A stretch of DNA of 64,000 nucleotides from Octopus sinensis. Lineage: Eukaryota. Below are positions 13,670 through 25,689 of the stretch, one piece after another. The position numbers and the translations under genes are program-made. How positions within the stretch are numbered: position 1 is the first letter of the stretch; the number at the start of each line of letters is the position of its first letter. The stretch is taken from positions 20,212,001 through 20,276,000 of the forward strand of contig NC_043004.1 in NCBI RefSeq assembly GCF_006345805.1, read 5' to 3'. The notes under the pieces are model-generated. The model was not told the DNA's origin and made no database searches. It worked only from the letters and a program-made list of their open reading frames with translations.

Positions 13670-13670
<1 letters not shown>
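11650..13670 (+). mobile_element. R4/Dong-like RLE LINE, 5'-truncated and decayed (RT, CCHC region, partly deleted RLE)
   Basis: QNRLFMSNKRKFYKQLN, NYRPI, YRKAYD, HSWL, RGIFQ (about 12256-12270), HLLYVDDLK (YVDD at 12391-12402), LRTNLLKAKIDK and LAQKEYKR; followed by (AAT)n. Confidence 0.92.
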
Positions 13671-13671
<1 letters not shown>

Positions 13672-13726
<55 letters not shown>

Positions 13727-13727
13727 C

Positions 13728-13764
<37 letters not shown>

Positions 13765-13850
13765 GAAGAAGAAGAAGAAGAAGAAGAAGAAGAAGAAGAA
13801 GAAGAAGAAGAAGAAGAAAAGAAGAAGAAGAAGAAGAAGAAGAAGAAGAG
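13672..13850. repeat. (AAT)n tail followed by (GAA)n
   Basis: Directly visible; follows the LINE 3' end. Confidence 0.97.
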
Positions 13851-14359
13851 GGGGAGAAGAAGGGGGAGGCGCAATAGATAAAATTTTTCAAGTAGGTTAA
13901 AGTAACTAATCGACATTTTTTAAGAGATAGTTCATTATTTTTTGTAAAGAGCCGCCAAATATCTATGTTAAAAAACCAATTTATTTCATCCTTGTAATGT
14001 TTTCTCCTTCTGTGTCCATTTGTTCCGCTTGAAACTATTTCTTATCAGTTTTCTCACTGAAAGATATTAAATGAGACGTAATGATATTACGAAGCTACTT
14101 TGACATTTTGATTTCTTTTCTTGTCATTACTTTACTAGAAAAAGACACATATGCACGTACACTTCCTTACAAAACAAATTGCCTAAAATTATGTATCCAC
14201 ATTCGTGCAGACGTTACTGCATATATACATATGAGTGTGCAAATTTAGCTTACTTCCTCTCGGAATATATATTTATATGTGTTTATGTACATGTATGTGT
14301 ATACAATGTGTGTGAATATATATATATATGTGTGTGTGTGTGTGTATGTATGTGTATAC

Positions 14360-14390
<31 letters not shown>

Positions 14391-14398
14391 TATACACT

Positions 14399-14815
14399 TT
14401 TACTTGGTTCAGTCATTTGACTGTGGCCATGTTGCAGCACCGCCTTTCGTCGAGCAAATCGAACCCAGGACTTATTCTTTGTAAGCCTAGTACTTATTCT
14501 ATCGGTTCATTTGCCGAACCGCTAATTTACGGGCACGTAAACACACCAGCATCGGTTGTCAGGCGATGTTGGGGGGACAAACACAGACACAATTACAAAT
14601 TACCTAAAGTTATGTATCCACACTCATGCAAACATATACACACACATATATACGACGGGATACTTTCAGTTTCCGTCTACCAAATCCACTCACAAGGATT
14701 TGGTCGGCCCGAGGCTATAGTAGAAGACACTTGCCCAAGGTGCCATGGAGTGGAACTGAACCCGGAACCATGTGGTTTGTAAGCAATCTACTTACCACAC
14801 AGCCTCTCCTACGCC
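14399..14815 (-). mobile_element. SINE family S1 (tRNA-like head, internal TA/TG microsatellite, AAAAGA-type tail)
   Basis: Homologous to 31683-32116 (GGTTCCGGGTTC...CTTGGGCAAGTGTCTTCT...GACTGAAACAAGTAAAAG). Confidence 0.9.
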
Positions 14816-14922
14816 TATGTATATATATATATATATATATAATATATGTGTGTGTGTGTGTGTGTGTGTATATACATACATATATATATATACATATATA
14901 TGTATGTATATACACTTTTAGT

Positions 14923-14993
<71 letters not shown>

Positions 14994-15001
14994 ATGTATG
15001 T

Positions 15002-15140
15002 AACGGGAAGCTTTATGAAAATAAACAAAAGACGAGGGCAGGTGGAATGCAAACAAATAATTGTATTAGTATGGCGATCAGGAATGTAAATAAAACAAGT
15101 CTTTCACGTTTCGAGCCTACGCTCTTCAACAGAAAGATAT
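15002..15140 (-). mobile_element. Short repeat carrying an A6U hammerhead-like motif (family H1)
   Basis: Close reverse-complement match to 25760-25900; motif TCTTT CTGTTGA A GAG CGTAGG CTC GAAA C GT G AAAGA at 15137-15100. Confidence 0.8.
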
Positions 15141-15156
15141 GTCATGTATGCGTATA

Positions 15157-15288
<132 letters not shown>

Positions 15289-15741
15289 TTTGCGTGTGTA
15301 CATATATTTTTAAAAATACATATGTATTTGTGTACGTTACGAGTTATCTATTATCTGGAAGAAGATGAAAATGGAGAGTTTGTGTATGTTTACCTGAAAG
15401 GAAACTTATTGAAATTGAAAATTTCAGCTATTGTATTGATGCCTTCTCTAATTATGTTCTCATCTTCCTTTTACTTACATATACCTGAGGTGTGATAAAG
15501 CTACACTAGTAAACAACAAAGTTGTAGCATAATGTACCTGATTGATTTTTATAACTGAAATAAAGATTATTTGATATTCTGCTTGTATTATCTCTTTTCT
15601 ATGGGAATAATTACTCCACAACTATATCTCAATCTCTGTCATAATATATCGGTAACGGCATTTCAAAAGATAAAAACACTCCACTGTTTAATATTGTTAT
15701 TTTTTATATAGGTATTTCTATATATATATATATATACACAT

Positions 15742-16046
15742 GGAGATGCAAAGGCCTAGTGGTTAGAGCAGCGGACTCGCGGTCGCAGGATCGCGGTTTC
15801 AATTCCCAGACCGGGCGTTGTGAGTGTTTATTGAGCGAAAACACCTAAAAGCTCCACGAGGCTCCGGCAGGGGGTGGTGATCCCTGCTGTACTCTTTCAC
15901 CACTCTTTCTCCCACTCCTTCTTCTGTTGGCCTGATCGCTTAGCCAGCGGGGTGGCGTCATTCGAAGGATAAAACAATGCGAACGCATTGTGACCAGCGA
16001 TGTGTAACAACATCTGATGGTCTGGTCTGTCGCGTGATCGCGTGAT
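15742..16046 (+). mobile_element. tRNA-derived SINE, full length (head 1 plus tail A)
   Basis: GGCCTAGTGGTTAGAGC A box, GGTTTCAATTCC B box and GACTCGCGG anticodon-like arm (possibly Arg TCG); ends CGTGAT(AT)n. Confidence 0.9.
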
Positions 16047-16182
16047 ATATACACATACTCATATACTCATATATACATATATACTCATGAACACATATAT
16101 GAAATTCGAACGTGTGTATGTCTGTATGTGTGTGTGTGTGTGTTTGTGTATGTGTGTGTGCGTGTGTGTGTGTGTGTGTGTA

Positions 16183-16398
16183 CAGTCGTCACCTAAAGTT
16201 TGGAACATCTTTTTAAAAATTAGAATTGTTATGCCAAAGTACAATTCTATTCAAATATATACTCACCTAATAATTTTCAGACCTATATTCCAAACTTTTG
16301 GCCTAGTAATGATATATGGCAAATTAAATATAATTCTAGGCGTTTAATATAAAAAATATTTTTTTCGGATCTTTATTTCAAACTTTTGGCCACGAATG
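16183..16398. mobile_element. Tc1-type MITE (216 bp)
   Basis: TA-flanked on both sides; left TIR CAGTCGTCACCTAAAGTTTGGAA versus right TIR reverse complement CATTCGTGGCCAAAAGTTTGAAA. Confidence 0.8.
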
Positions 16399-16676
16399 TA
16401 TGTGTGTGCGTAGGACGTTTAAAATTTGAATATATTCTTTATATTTTAAGCATGTAATTTCCATATGATTACGGCCCTTTCGCAACTTTTCTTAAGTAGT
16501 GTCAGAGATCAGTGTGCAAGAAAATATATTACAAGTTTACATCAATATCTATGCGCATTATCATACATTCCATTTGTGTATTCACAAATTATACATAGCT
16601 AGCTCATCAGATCACTGAAACATATATATATATGCGTGTGTGTGTGTGTGTATGTATATATATATATATATGTATG

Positions 16677-16743
<67 letters not shown>

Positions 16744-16828
16744 GAATTAGAGATAAAACCCCTGTGAAATTTGATTTAATCCTAAATCTAATTTTTCCCT
16801 GTAAGTTTGGAGCCATACTCCCTAATAT

Positions 16829-17210
16829 TGGATGGATGGAAGCACTCCGTCGGTTACGACGACGAGGGTTCCGGTTGATCCGAATCAACAGAACAGCCTG
16901 CTCGTGAAATTAACGTGTAAGTGGCTGAGCACTCCACAGACACGTGTACCTTTAACGTAGTTCTCGGGGATATTCAGCGTGACACAGAGAGTGACAAGGC
17001 CGGCCCTTTGAAATACAAGGTACAACAGAAACAGGAAGTAAGAGCGAGAGAAAGTTGTGGTAAAAGAGTACAGCAGGGATCACCACCATCCCCTGCCGGA
17101 GCCTCGTGGAGCTTTTAGGTGTTTTCGCTCAATAAACACTCACAACGCCCGGTCTGGGAATCGAAACCGCGATCCTATGACCGCGAGTCCGCTGCCCTAA
17201 CCACTGGGCC

Positions 17211-17214
<4 letters not shown>
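16829..17214 (-). mobile_element. tRNA-derived SINE, full length (head 1 plus tail B)
   Basis: First roughly 170 nt nearly identical to 15742-15910, then a different 3' half shared with 7270-7452. Confidence 0.9.
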
Positions 17215-17291
<77 letters not shown>

Positions 17292-17569
17292 ATATAAATA
17301 TATGTATAGGTACGTATGTTATATAGTTATATGAATATATATGTGTGAGTATCGAAATAATAATATACACCAATGCTTCCGTTTATATTCTTGGTACGAA
17401 TTATATCTATTCATATTTTAAAAATCTATACCTATTTTAGTTTCTGTTTATTTTATATACATTTATATACAAGCGCATGTAGATGTATTTATATGTGTAT
17501 ATTATGTATATATGTATGTCATTGTTGAGTTTTATTTCAAGATTTCTTGCCATTAGAAAAAAGAGGCAC

Positions 17570-17625
<56 letters not shown>

Positions 17626-17744
17626 TTGGAAGTGGATGCGTGGCGTTCCATCATATAATAACAAAATAATAAATAAAACATATGCATATGTACATACATA
17701 TATGTACGTACCTACATCTATATGTATATATACATGCATATATG

Positions 17745-18085
17745 GGTACAGGACACCAAAAAGCGTCGAACACAATGAGAAATGAAAGCATAAAAACAAA
17801 ACCAAAGAAACGGACATTCTTTTTTAAAAAACAACGAAAAAACAGAGTACAAGACATACAACACAAGGAAAATTCCCCTTCTTCAGCCGCCTCTGTTTCG
17901 TCTACTCCGTGTTTCGAAGGTGAAGGCGAGACACGACTTCGTCGAAACAATCATTCCCGCAAAGCAAATTAAATAAAAAATTTGAGTAAAAGTGGTAACA
18001 AAAACCGGACAGTAAAGACAATACAAATAAAAACAGTAAAAGACAGGACAAGGAGAATAACAGTAAAACAAACATTAAGGGCTGT
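17745..18085 (-). mobile_element. TA-anchored interspersed repeat (family H5), possibly PLE-terminal-repeat derived
   Basis: Homologous to 62808-63150; carries CTGAAGA-AGGGG-AATTTT-CCTT on the minus strand. Confidence 0.65.
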
Positions 18086-18760
18086 TAATCCTGAACGAAG
18101 GAAAAATTATTTTGAACTCTTTGAAAACGGCTTGAGGGGGACAGAATAAGCTGTCTACACTTGTTGGAAGTAGTAGTCAGAAAGGCAGTGGACCTCTGGT
18201 CACGTGTCAGTGATGGGAGGGAGGATGAGGAGTAAGAGAAAGGGAGAGAAAAAAGGGAAGGGTTGTAAATATATATATATGTACACATACGTGCCTCTGT
18301 GTGTGTGTGTTTGCGTATGTGTGCATATATACACATACATATAAGTATACGCGTGTGTGTGTTTGTATGCATGCTATTTTAAATATACAAAAATGGATAC
18401 GAATGAGTGTGCATGTGTGTGAATGCGCGCGAACATATATGAGTTTGTATGGATGTGTCTGTGTTGAAGAAAGTATATATATATATATACATGTGTATGT
18501 ACGTATGTATGTGTGTATACATATTCATATACATACACTCTTTCTTTTCCTAGTAACCTGCTACACATGTCTATAGCAACTTGAATTCTTCATTCCCACT
18601 CAATTTCTTCACCAAAAAATTTTTTCACCGCTTATATACACCATTCTACTTAACTGAAAACACAATATTCCTATGTAACTCGCTTTTACATTCATTCTCT
18701 TACTTCCCTCTGTATTTTATATCTTCTCTACAATAAATACTCAAACATTTTCTCGCACCA

Positions 18761-18807
18761 TCCCTGATGAAGGGATATATAAAATATAACGGAAACAACT
18801 GTAAGAT
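18761..18807 (+). ncRNA. Type I minimal hammerhead-ribozyme-like motif (PLE terminal-repeat type)
   Basis: TCC CTGATGA (18764-18770) AGGGATATATAAAATATAAC G GAAA (18792-18795) C AACT GT A AGA. Core intact; stems I and II partly decayed. Confidence 0.6.
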
Positions 18808-19809
18808 AAATGTTATGAAATCTATTTAACTCCTTCGATTATTTATTTCATTCTGTCAATTCATACGTATATCAGAAATAGATCATAACAATCAAAGCAT
18901 GTGGAATCACTTTCGTGCATTGAGTTTAAGATTTAAACATAGTGCAGAGGATAGTAAATACGTATTTATTATCACTACTCTAAGTGTATTTAAATTTTTA
19001 TAAATTAAATGCTTTGCTTCTTTATGCTCTATTTCTGAAATATATCTACCCGCCCTACGATGAACAAATTGTAGCAACTTTGATAAGCAACCTCAACCCC
19101 ACTTTTGTTCAGTTCCAGTTTAAGCAGGAATTTTGGGAGTAAACCAGAAAGAGCACTTATAGTATATAATTATTACAAGTCTGTCATTATTCGAAAATTC
19201 TTTATATACATATATGTGTATATACATACGAACATATATAGATATACATATAGTGCGGGAAGTGACAAGGCTGGAGAAATTATACCATGAATGTAAATAA
19301 TCCAAAATACTTATATATACATATATGCATATATATATGTGTGTGTGTGTGTGTTTGTGTATGCATGAATGTGTTAATGTACATATATATATATACAAAC
19401 ACAAATAGACATACCCATACAAGCATATACAAGCATACTTATACACACATATGTACATAATATACGCTTATAAATATACCTACATGCTCTCGTATATAAA
19501 TGTATATAACATAAGCAGATACTAAAATAGGTACAGATTAAAAAAATATGGATATAATTCGTACATAGAATATAACCAGAAGCGTTGGTGCATATTACTA
19601 TTTAGATACACGTAAATGCATAGTTATACACGTGCATACGGATACACGTGAATATATATACATATCCATCCACATACATACACCCACAAACGTATTCATT
19701 TTTAAATAAATATTTACAAATATATATACGTTCAAACAATATGCACACACTCATATACTGTCACATACCTATATGACATAAATATATACATAAGCGCATT
19801 CAGATCTTC

Positions 19810-19855
<46 letters not shown>

Positions 19856-19918
19856 TGTGTGTGTGCGTGTGTGTGTGTGTGTATGTATGTGTGTATGTAT
19901 ATACATATATATATATAT

Positions 19919-21085
19919 GCACTTAGATATATATGCGTTTTGTGTCCATAAATAAACACGGGGACGCATACGCTCCAATACGAATCACTTTCTACACACA
20001 GGTGCATCAATGTACATGCGTGTACATATATACGAAGGCAGATACATACATATAGCCAATCACTAAGGTTAAAGAGTAAATACTTCCATCAGCTGAATAT
20101 ATCAAATAGATTATTAAATATCAAATATAAATATCATACATCATAATAAATAGTATCTAGGATTATAACAACCAAGTGTGAGTGTAAGGTATAGAAGAAC
20201 AGAAGCAGGGTTGTCATCCAAGTGTAACTACTTTAGTAATACTTAAATTCATTAAATTGAGGTGTACAATATATGAGTATGAAGGGCTCGAATATTAAAT
20301 ATCTGAAGTCGTTAAGTGGTTTTATATAAGAGTGGAATGATAGCATATGATCAAATACACTGCATCATAAAGTGGAAACAGAGTTCTGGTTCACATTAAC
20401 TAGGAATGTAGTCAATCGAATACATCAAAGTCATGGATATATCGGTGTACGTCTGATCAGACAATTTATGGTTAGATATACATAAGCTATAGGAAAGATT
20501 GATATCTAAGACACTGGCATCTTGTAATCAATTCGTCACGTTGATTAATAATATTCGATTTAATTCGACCAATGTGGAATGCCTCACATACATAGATCCC
20601 TCAACAAACACTGCCACTTTATATAGCTGTGATTATATATAATGGACCAAGCAATTTTGTATCTACTGTTATTATGAGTGAGACAATGTATAGATTTAGC
20701 TAAAGATATGCTACTAGCCTTATTTATTCTGGTGAAGTTTGTATGAGGAAGAGGAACGCACCAATATAAATATATTCTTTACCAAGTGCAGTGGTAGAGA
20801 ACTTATATATTTTGTTTTGCTTTACTACTTATACACTATGTTTCTATAACTACTTACGCGCAATGTTTTTCCTAAATACATGTCTTAACTCTTTACAACA
20901 TAAACTGGGAACAGTCCTTACGAGAGCTTACTGTGTTACCTGCACGATTCGCTGAATCCGTCTTATACGCCTTATATATATATATATCTAATCGATCACT
21001 CTATGCATCTGTGTGCGTAGCAAATTTTACAATGCACACACTGACACACAACAATTGTTAACATCTCAGTTTCTAACATACATTC

Positions 21086-21130
<45 letters not shown>

Positions 21131-22365
21131 ATATGTGTGTGTGTGTGTGGTGTGTGTGTGTATGTATGTGTGTATGTATATACATATATATATATATGCA
21201 CTTAGATATATATGCGTTTTGTGTCCATAAATAAACACGGGGACGCATACGCTCCAATACGAATCACTTTCTACACACAGGTGCATCAATGTACATGCGT
21301 GTACATATATACGAAGGCAGATACATACATATAGCCAATCACTAAGGTTAAAGAGTAAATACTTCCATCAGCTGAATATATCAAATAGATTATTAAATAT
21401 CAAATATAAATATCATACATCATAATAAATAGTATCTAGGATTATAACAACCAAGTGTGAGTGTAAGGTATAGAAGAACAGAAGCAGGGTTGTCATCCAA
21501 GTGTAACTACTTTAGTAATACTTAAATGCATTAAATTGAGGTGTACAATATATGAGTATGAAGGGCTCGAATATTAAATATCTGAAGTCGTTAAGTGGTT
21601 TTATATAAGAGTGGAATGATAGCATATGATCAAATACACTGCATCATAAAGTGGAAACAGAGTTCTGGTTCACATTAACTAGGAATGTAGTCAATCGAAT
21701 ACATCAAAGTCATGGGATATATCGGTGTACGTCTGATCAGACAATTTATGGTTAGATATACATAAGCTATAGGAAAGATTGATATCTAAGACACTGGCAT
21801 CTTGTAATCAATTCGTCACGTTGATTAATAATATTCGATTTAATTCGACCAATGTGGAATGCCTCACATACATAGATCCCTCAACAAACACTGCCACTTT
21901 ATATAGCTGTGATTATATATAATGGACCAAGCAATTTTGTATCTACTGTTATTATGAGTGAGACAATGTATAGATTTAGCTAAAGATATGCTACTAGCCT
22001 TATTTATTCTGGTGAAGTTTGTATGAGGAAGAGGAACGCACCAATATAAATATATTCTTTACCAAGTGCAGTGGTAGAGAACTTATATATTTTGTTTTGC
22101 TTTACTACTTATACACTATGTTTCTATAACTACTTACGCGCAATGTTTTTCCTAAATACATGTCTTAACTCTTTACAACATAAACTGGGAACAGTCCTTA
22201 CGAGAGCTTACTGTGTTACCTGCACGATTCGCTGAATCCGTCTTATACGCCTTATATATATATATATCTAATCGATCACTCTATGCATCTGTGTGCGTAG
22301 CAAATTTTACAATGCACACACTGACACACAACAATTGTTAACATCTCAGTTTCTAACATACATTC

Positions 22366-22432
<67 letters not shown>

Positions 22433-22459
22433 GTGTGTGTGTGTGTATGTGTGTATATC

Positions 22460-22480
<21 letters not shown>
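19919..22480. repeat. Tandem duplication of an approximately 1.28-kb unit (19919-21197 and 21198-about 22480)
   Basis: Offset is 1279 then 1280. By eye the unique parts differ by one substitution (AAATTCATT versus AAATGCATT) and one extra G (CATGGATAT versus CATGGGATAT); breakpoints lie in TA/TG microsatellite. Confidence 0.95.
20490..20930 (-). mobile_element. PLE GIY-YIG remnant inside the duplicated unit (second copy at about 21770-22210)
   Basis: Frameshifted NKIYKFSTTALGKRIY...SSISLAKSIH...YKIAWSII...DLCMCEAFHI...NIINQRDELITRCQCLRY. Confidence 0.72.
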
Positions 22481-22492
<12 letters not shown>

Positions 22493-22555
22493 GTATGTGT
22501 GTGTGTATATATATGAGTGTGTATATATACATATATATATATGCCTCCGTGTATG

Positions 22556-22580
<25 letters not shown>

Positions 22581-22586
<6 letters not shown>

Positions 22587-22723
22587 GAGTGGTAATTAAA
22601 AAGGTATTATTTATTAATTAAAAATTTGACAAACATCCCCTATAGCTGTTTCAATTCCAAACCTTTAGAAAATTTATTAAATTAAAAATTATTTAAAAGT
22701 CGAATCTCTTCAGAAGTGGTTTA

Positions 22724-22725
<2 letters not shown>
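22581..22725 (-). mobile_element. 145-bp element flanked by (TA)n on both sides with a hammerhead-like motif (family H3)
   Basis: Minus strand CACTT CTGAAGA GATTC (AT-rich loop) GAATT GAAA CAGCTA TA GGGGAT at 22719-22635. Confidence 0.6.
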
Positions 22726-22757
<32 letters not shown>

Positions 22758-22760
<3 letters not shown>

Positions 22761-23056
22761 CACCACCACCACCATGACCGACCAGGCTATCAGATGTTGC
22801 TACACATTGCTGGTCACAATGCGCTTCGCATTGTTTTAGCCTTCAAATGACGCCACCCCGCTGGCTAAGCGAGCAGACCAACAGAAGAAAGAGTGAGAGA
22901 AAATTGTGGCGAAAGAGTACAGCAGGGATCGCCACCACCCCCTGCCGGAGGCTCGTGGAGCTTTAGGTGTTTTTCGCCCTATAAACACTCACAACGCCCG
23001 GTCTGGGAATCGAAGCCGCGAGATCGCTGCCCTAACCATTAGGTCATTGCGCCTCC
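22758..23056 (-). mobile_element. tRNA-derived SINE (head 1 plus tail A)
   Basis: Reverse-complement homolog of 15742-16046. Confidence 0.88.
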
Positions 23057-23099
23057 ACACACACATATATATATATATATATATAAACGCAATGCAAAT

Positions 23100-23933
23100 T
23101 TTAAAATAACTGTAAAGTAAGAAATAGCGTATATAGATGTGTAGTCATAACAGGTAAAAATAAATATTTTTATGTTAGTACTAGCTCATGTTTTATAAAA
23201 CAAAGAATAGCAAATCATGAATCTTCTTTTAGAAATAATACTAGAAATTTTACAAATCTTAGCAAGCTTATATTTTCGCTTAAGAATGAAAATATTAAAA
23301 ACATTCATTAAAATTAGAAGTTATTAATGCTGCGAATCCTTATAAAATAGGTGACAAAAAATGCAATTTAGGCCTGAAGGAATTATACCAAATATTTACT
23401 TCGAAAACTAAATTAACACTAGACAAAAGAGAAGTTTTAATTGCTTACACAAACAACATTTTCTTTTGAAAAAATTTAGATAATAGAATACATTAATTCA
23501 TATCATTTTCTTCCAATGTAGCTATAATAACTGTAATAGTAAAGACACATAAAAATAGAATTCAATTATAAGAATATAAGAATAGAATTCAATTCATAAG
23601 ATTATCTAAAATATAATTTTAAAATACTTTGAAACAATAATAAGTTAGAAGAATTTAAAATACAACTGACTACTTCTTTAGTAACAACGTGGTTCTGACT
23701 GCCTAGTAATTATCCACTGCTACTATTAACAAACTTCACAACAATTCAAATAATATAATCAACTCTGAAAACCATCTAAATATCATGTGACTATAAAGTA
23801 TGTAGAATCAGTCAAAAATAAATATTCTATAAATAGCCATCCCCCACTAGTCAAGAACATTTGCCAACTTCAAAAACACACTGTTGCTGAATTTTATCTT
23901 AAGAAAACTATCTCATCGTAGAATGTCGTGGTT

Positions 23934-23997
<64 letters not shown>

Positions 23998-24150
23998 GCT
24001 GCTTAATTGAAACTAATAGCGGAGGAAAATTCCTCTTCGAACAATGTCATACATATATGCCCTGAAGAGATCGTATTCATGCCTAACTCGGTGTGTATAG
24101 ATATGCAACAATATGTAGTTAGTGCGATTGAAACACCTGTGGATAATTAT
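23100..24150 (+). mobile_element. PLE 3' portion: GIY-YIG domain (about 23100-23480), UTR with (CTA)n, and hammerhead-like motif (24062-24145)
   Basis: NSVYRCVVITGKNKYFYVSTSSCFIKQRIANHESSF...ANPYKIGDKKCNLGLKELYQI; downstream CTGAAGA GATCG...CGATT GAAA CACCTG T. Confidence 0.82.
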
Positions 24151-24386
24151 TATGAATAAACTAACTGGAAATAAGCATAGTTCCAATTCTTCAGTCTCCT
24201 TATCATCAATATTGTACTTTACACTCTAAGTAACCCCCAAAAAACCTCAAAAAACAAAAAAATACAAAAGTATCATCAGATGTGGGCTAAAGGAAATTTA
24301 CCAAATAATGCACCATCTGAAGGAACTAGCATTGGCATTTTACTCAGAGAAAGTCGGTATTTGCTTGTATAGTATATCCCTTCTCC

Positions 24387-24430
<44 letters not shown>

Positions 24431-24433
<3 letters not shown>

Positions 24434-24619
24434 GGAGAATTCACGAAAAAAACAACAGACGAAGACAGGTCGTGTAGAAAACAAACAGATTTATTAGTAT
24501 AACCCACAGGAATTGAAACAGTCTTTTAGGTTTCGAGCCTACGATCTTCCACACAAAGGAACAGAGAAAGAAACAAAAAGAGAAAAAAACTGTGTGTAGT
24601 GGCTACCGATCTATCATGG

Positions 24620-24622
<3 letters not shown>
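24431..24622 (-). mobile_element. Family H1 short repeat flanked by (TA)n on both sides, degenerate hammerhead-like motif
   Basis: Minus strand TCCTTT GTGTGGA A GAT CGTAGG CTC GAAA C CT A AAAGAC at 24560-24521; homologous to 55001-55160. Confidence 0.78.
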
Positions 24623-24671
<49 letters not shown>

Positions 24672-25689
24672 AAAGAGAGAGACAGACAGAAAGAGAGAGA
24701 GAGAGAGTGGAATGAGAGAACGAATAATATTTCATGCCTATTGAAAATACACGTTCAATATAAACGTAAAAACCAAGACACAGAAGTTGCCTTGAACCAT
24801 GAGAGCTCATGTTTTGTGCACTGTATTACCCAGTATTTATACATTTGTACTTTAAAATAGATCTAAAATCTATGGATACATATAAACCATATAATAATAC
24901 TCATGCTTTCACAAAATATAACATTCTCAGATAGATTATTTAATAGTATAACATAGATCTTGATCATAGCACATGTAGAGCTTCCCTGTAGAATGATAAG
25001 AAGACGATTATATATTTGTAAACCGCCGCTAGATTGTGAATATCAACTTCCCAACGAACAAAAGAGTCTTATCGGTCCACTAAATTCTTTCTGCCTCGCT
25101 AACAAGTGCATGCTTGCACGAAACGTGATATCATAGAGTCTTAGAAGAAAGAAAATGCGGTCTCAGAAAAAATGCTTATGTATTTTATTTTTACATTTAC
25201 ACTGAACATATACACGTATAATATATTCCCTTTATAATATATTCTGGAGGCCTGATATAGGCAAGTATTGATCGCACTGCATTCTTGTTTGAATATCTGT
25301 GACCGTGTGTTTGTAAAGAGAGAGAGAGAAAGAGAGAGAGAAAGAAAAAGAATGATCTAGAACTTCAAATTTCAGTATGTGTTGCGGTATTTCAACAGTG
25401 TGAACAATAGTATGAGTTTCGGCATTGTCATACAGTAGTTTGCTTAGACTTGTCCAGCACAAAAGAACTCCGGACGAAACTGTTGAGACGGTCAAATTTC
25501 GTTATAATAAACCTATATATCCACTTTACCCTATGTTTTGAGTTCCAATATCAGGCAATGTTTAAACTACGTTAAATATTTTTAGCAATCTTTAAAATAT
25601 ATACATTATGTGTGTGTGTGTGTGTGTGTGTGGAGGCGCAATGGCCCAGTGGCTAGGGCAGCGGGGATCACGGTCTGGCCGGAATCAGA

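Noticed and set aside
15388-15420. Minus-strand TTTCCTTTCAG|GTAAAC, resembling a recursive splice site
   Set aside because: No host intron is established and the donor is weak; it cannot be supported without nascent RNA data.
15742-15815. tRNA-like sequences (also 17214-17140 and 31361-31290)
   Set aside because: A and B boxes are present, but they continue into multi-copy SINE bodies and I could not close a proper acceptor stem; these are SINE heads, not tRNA genes.
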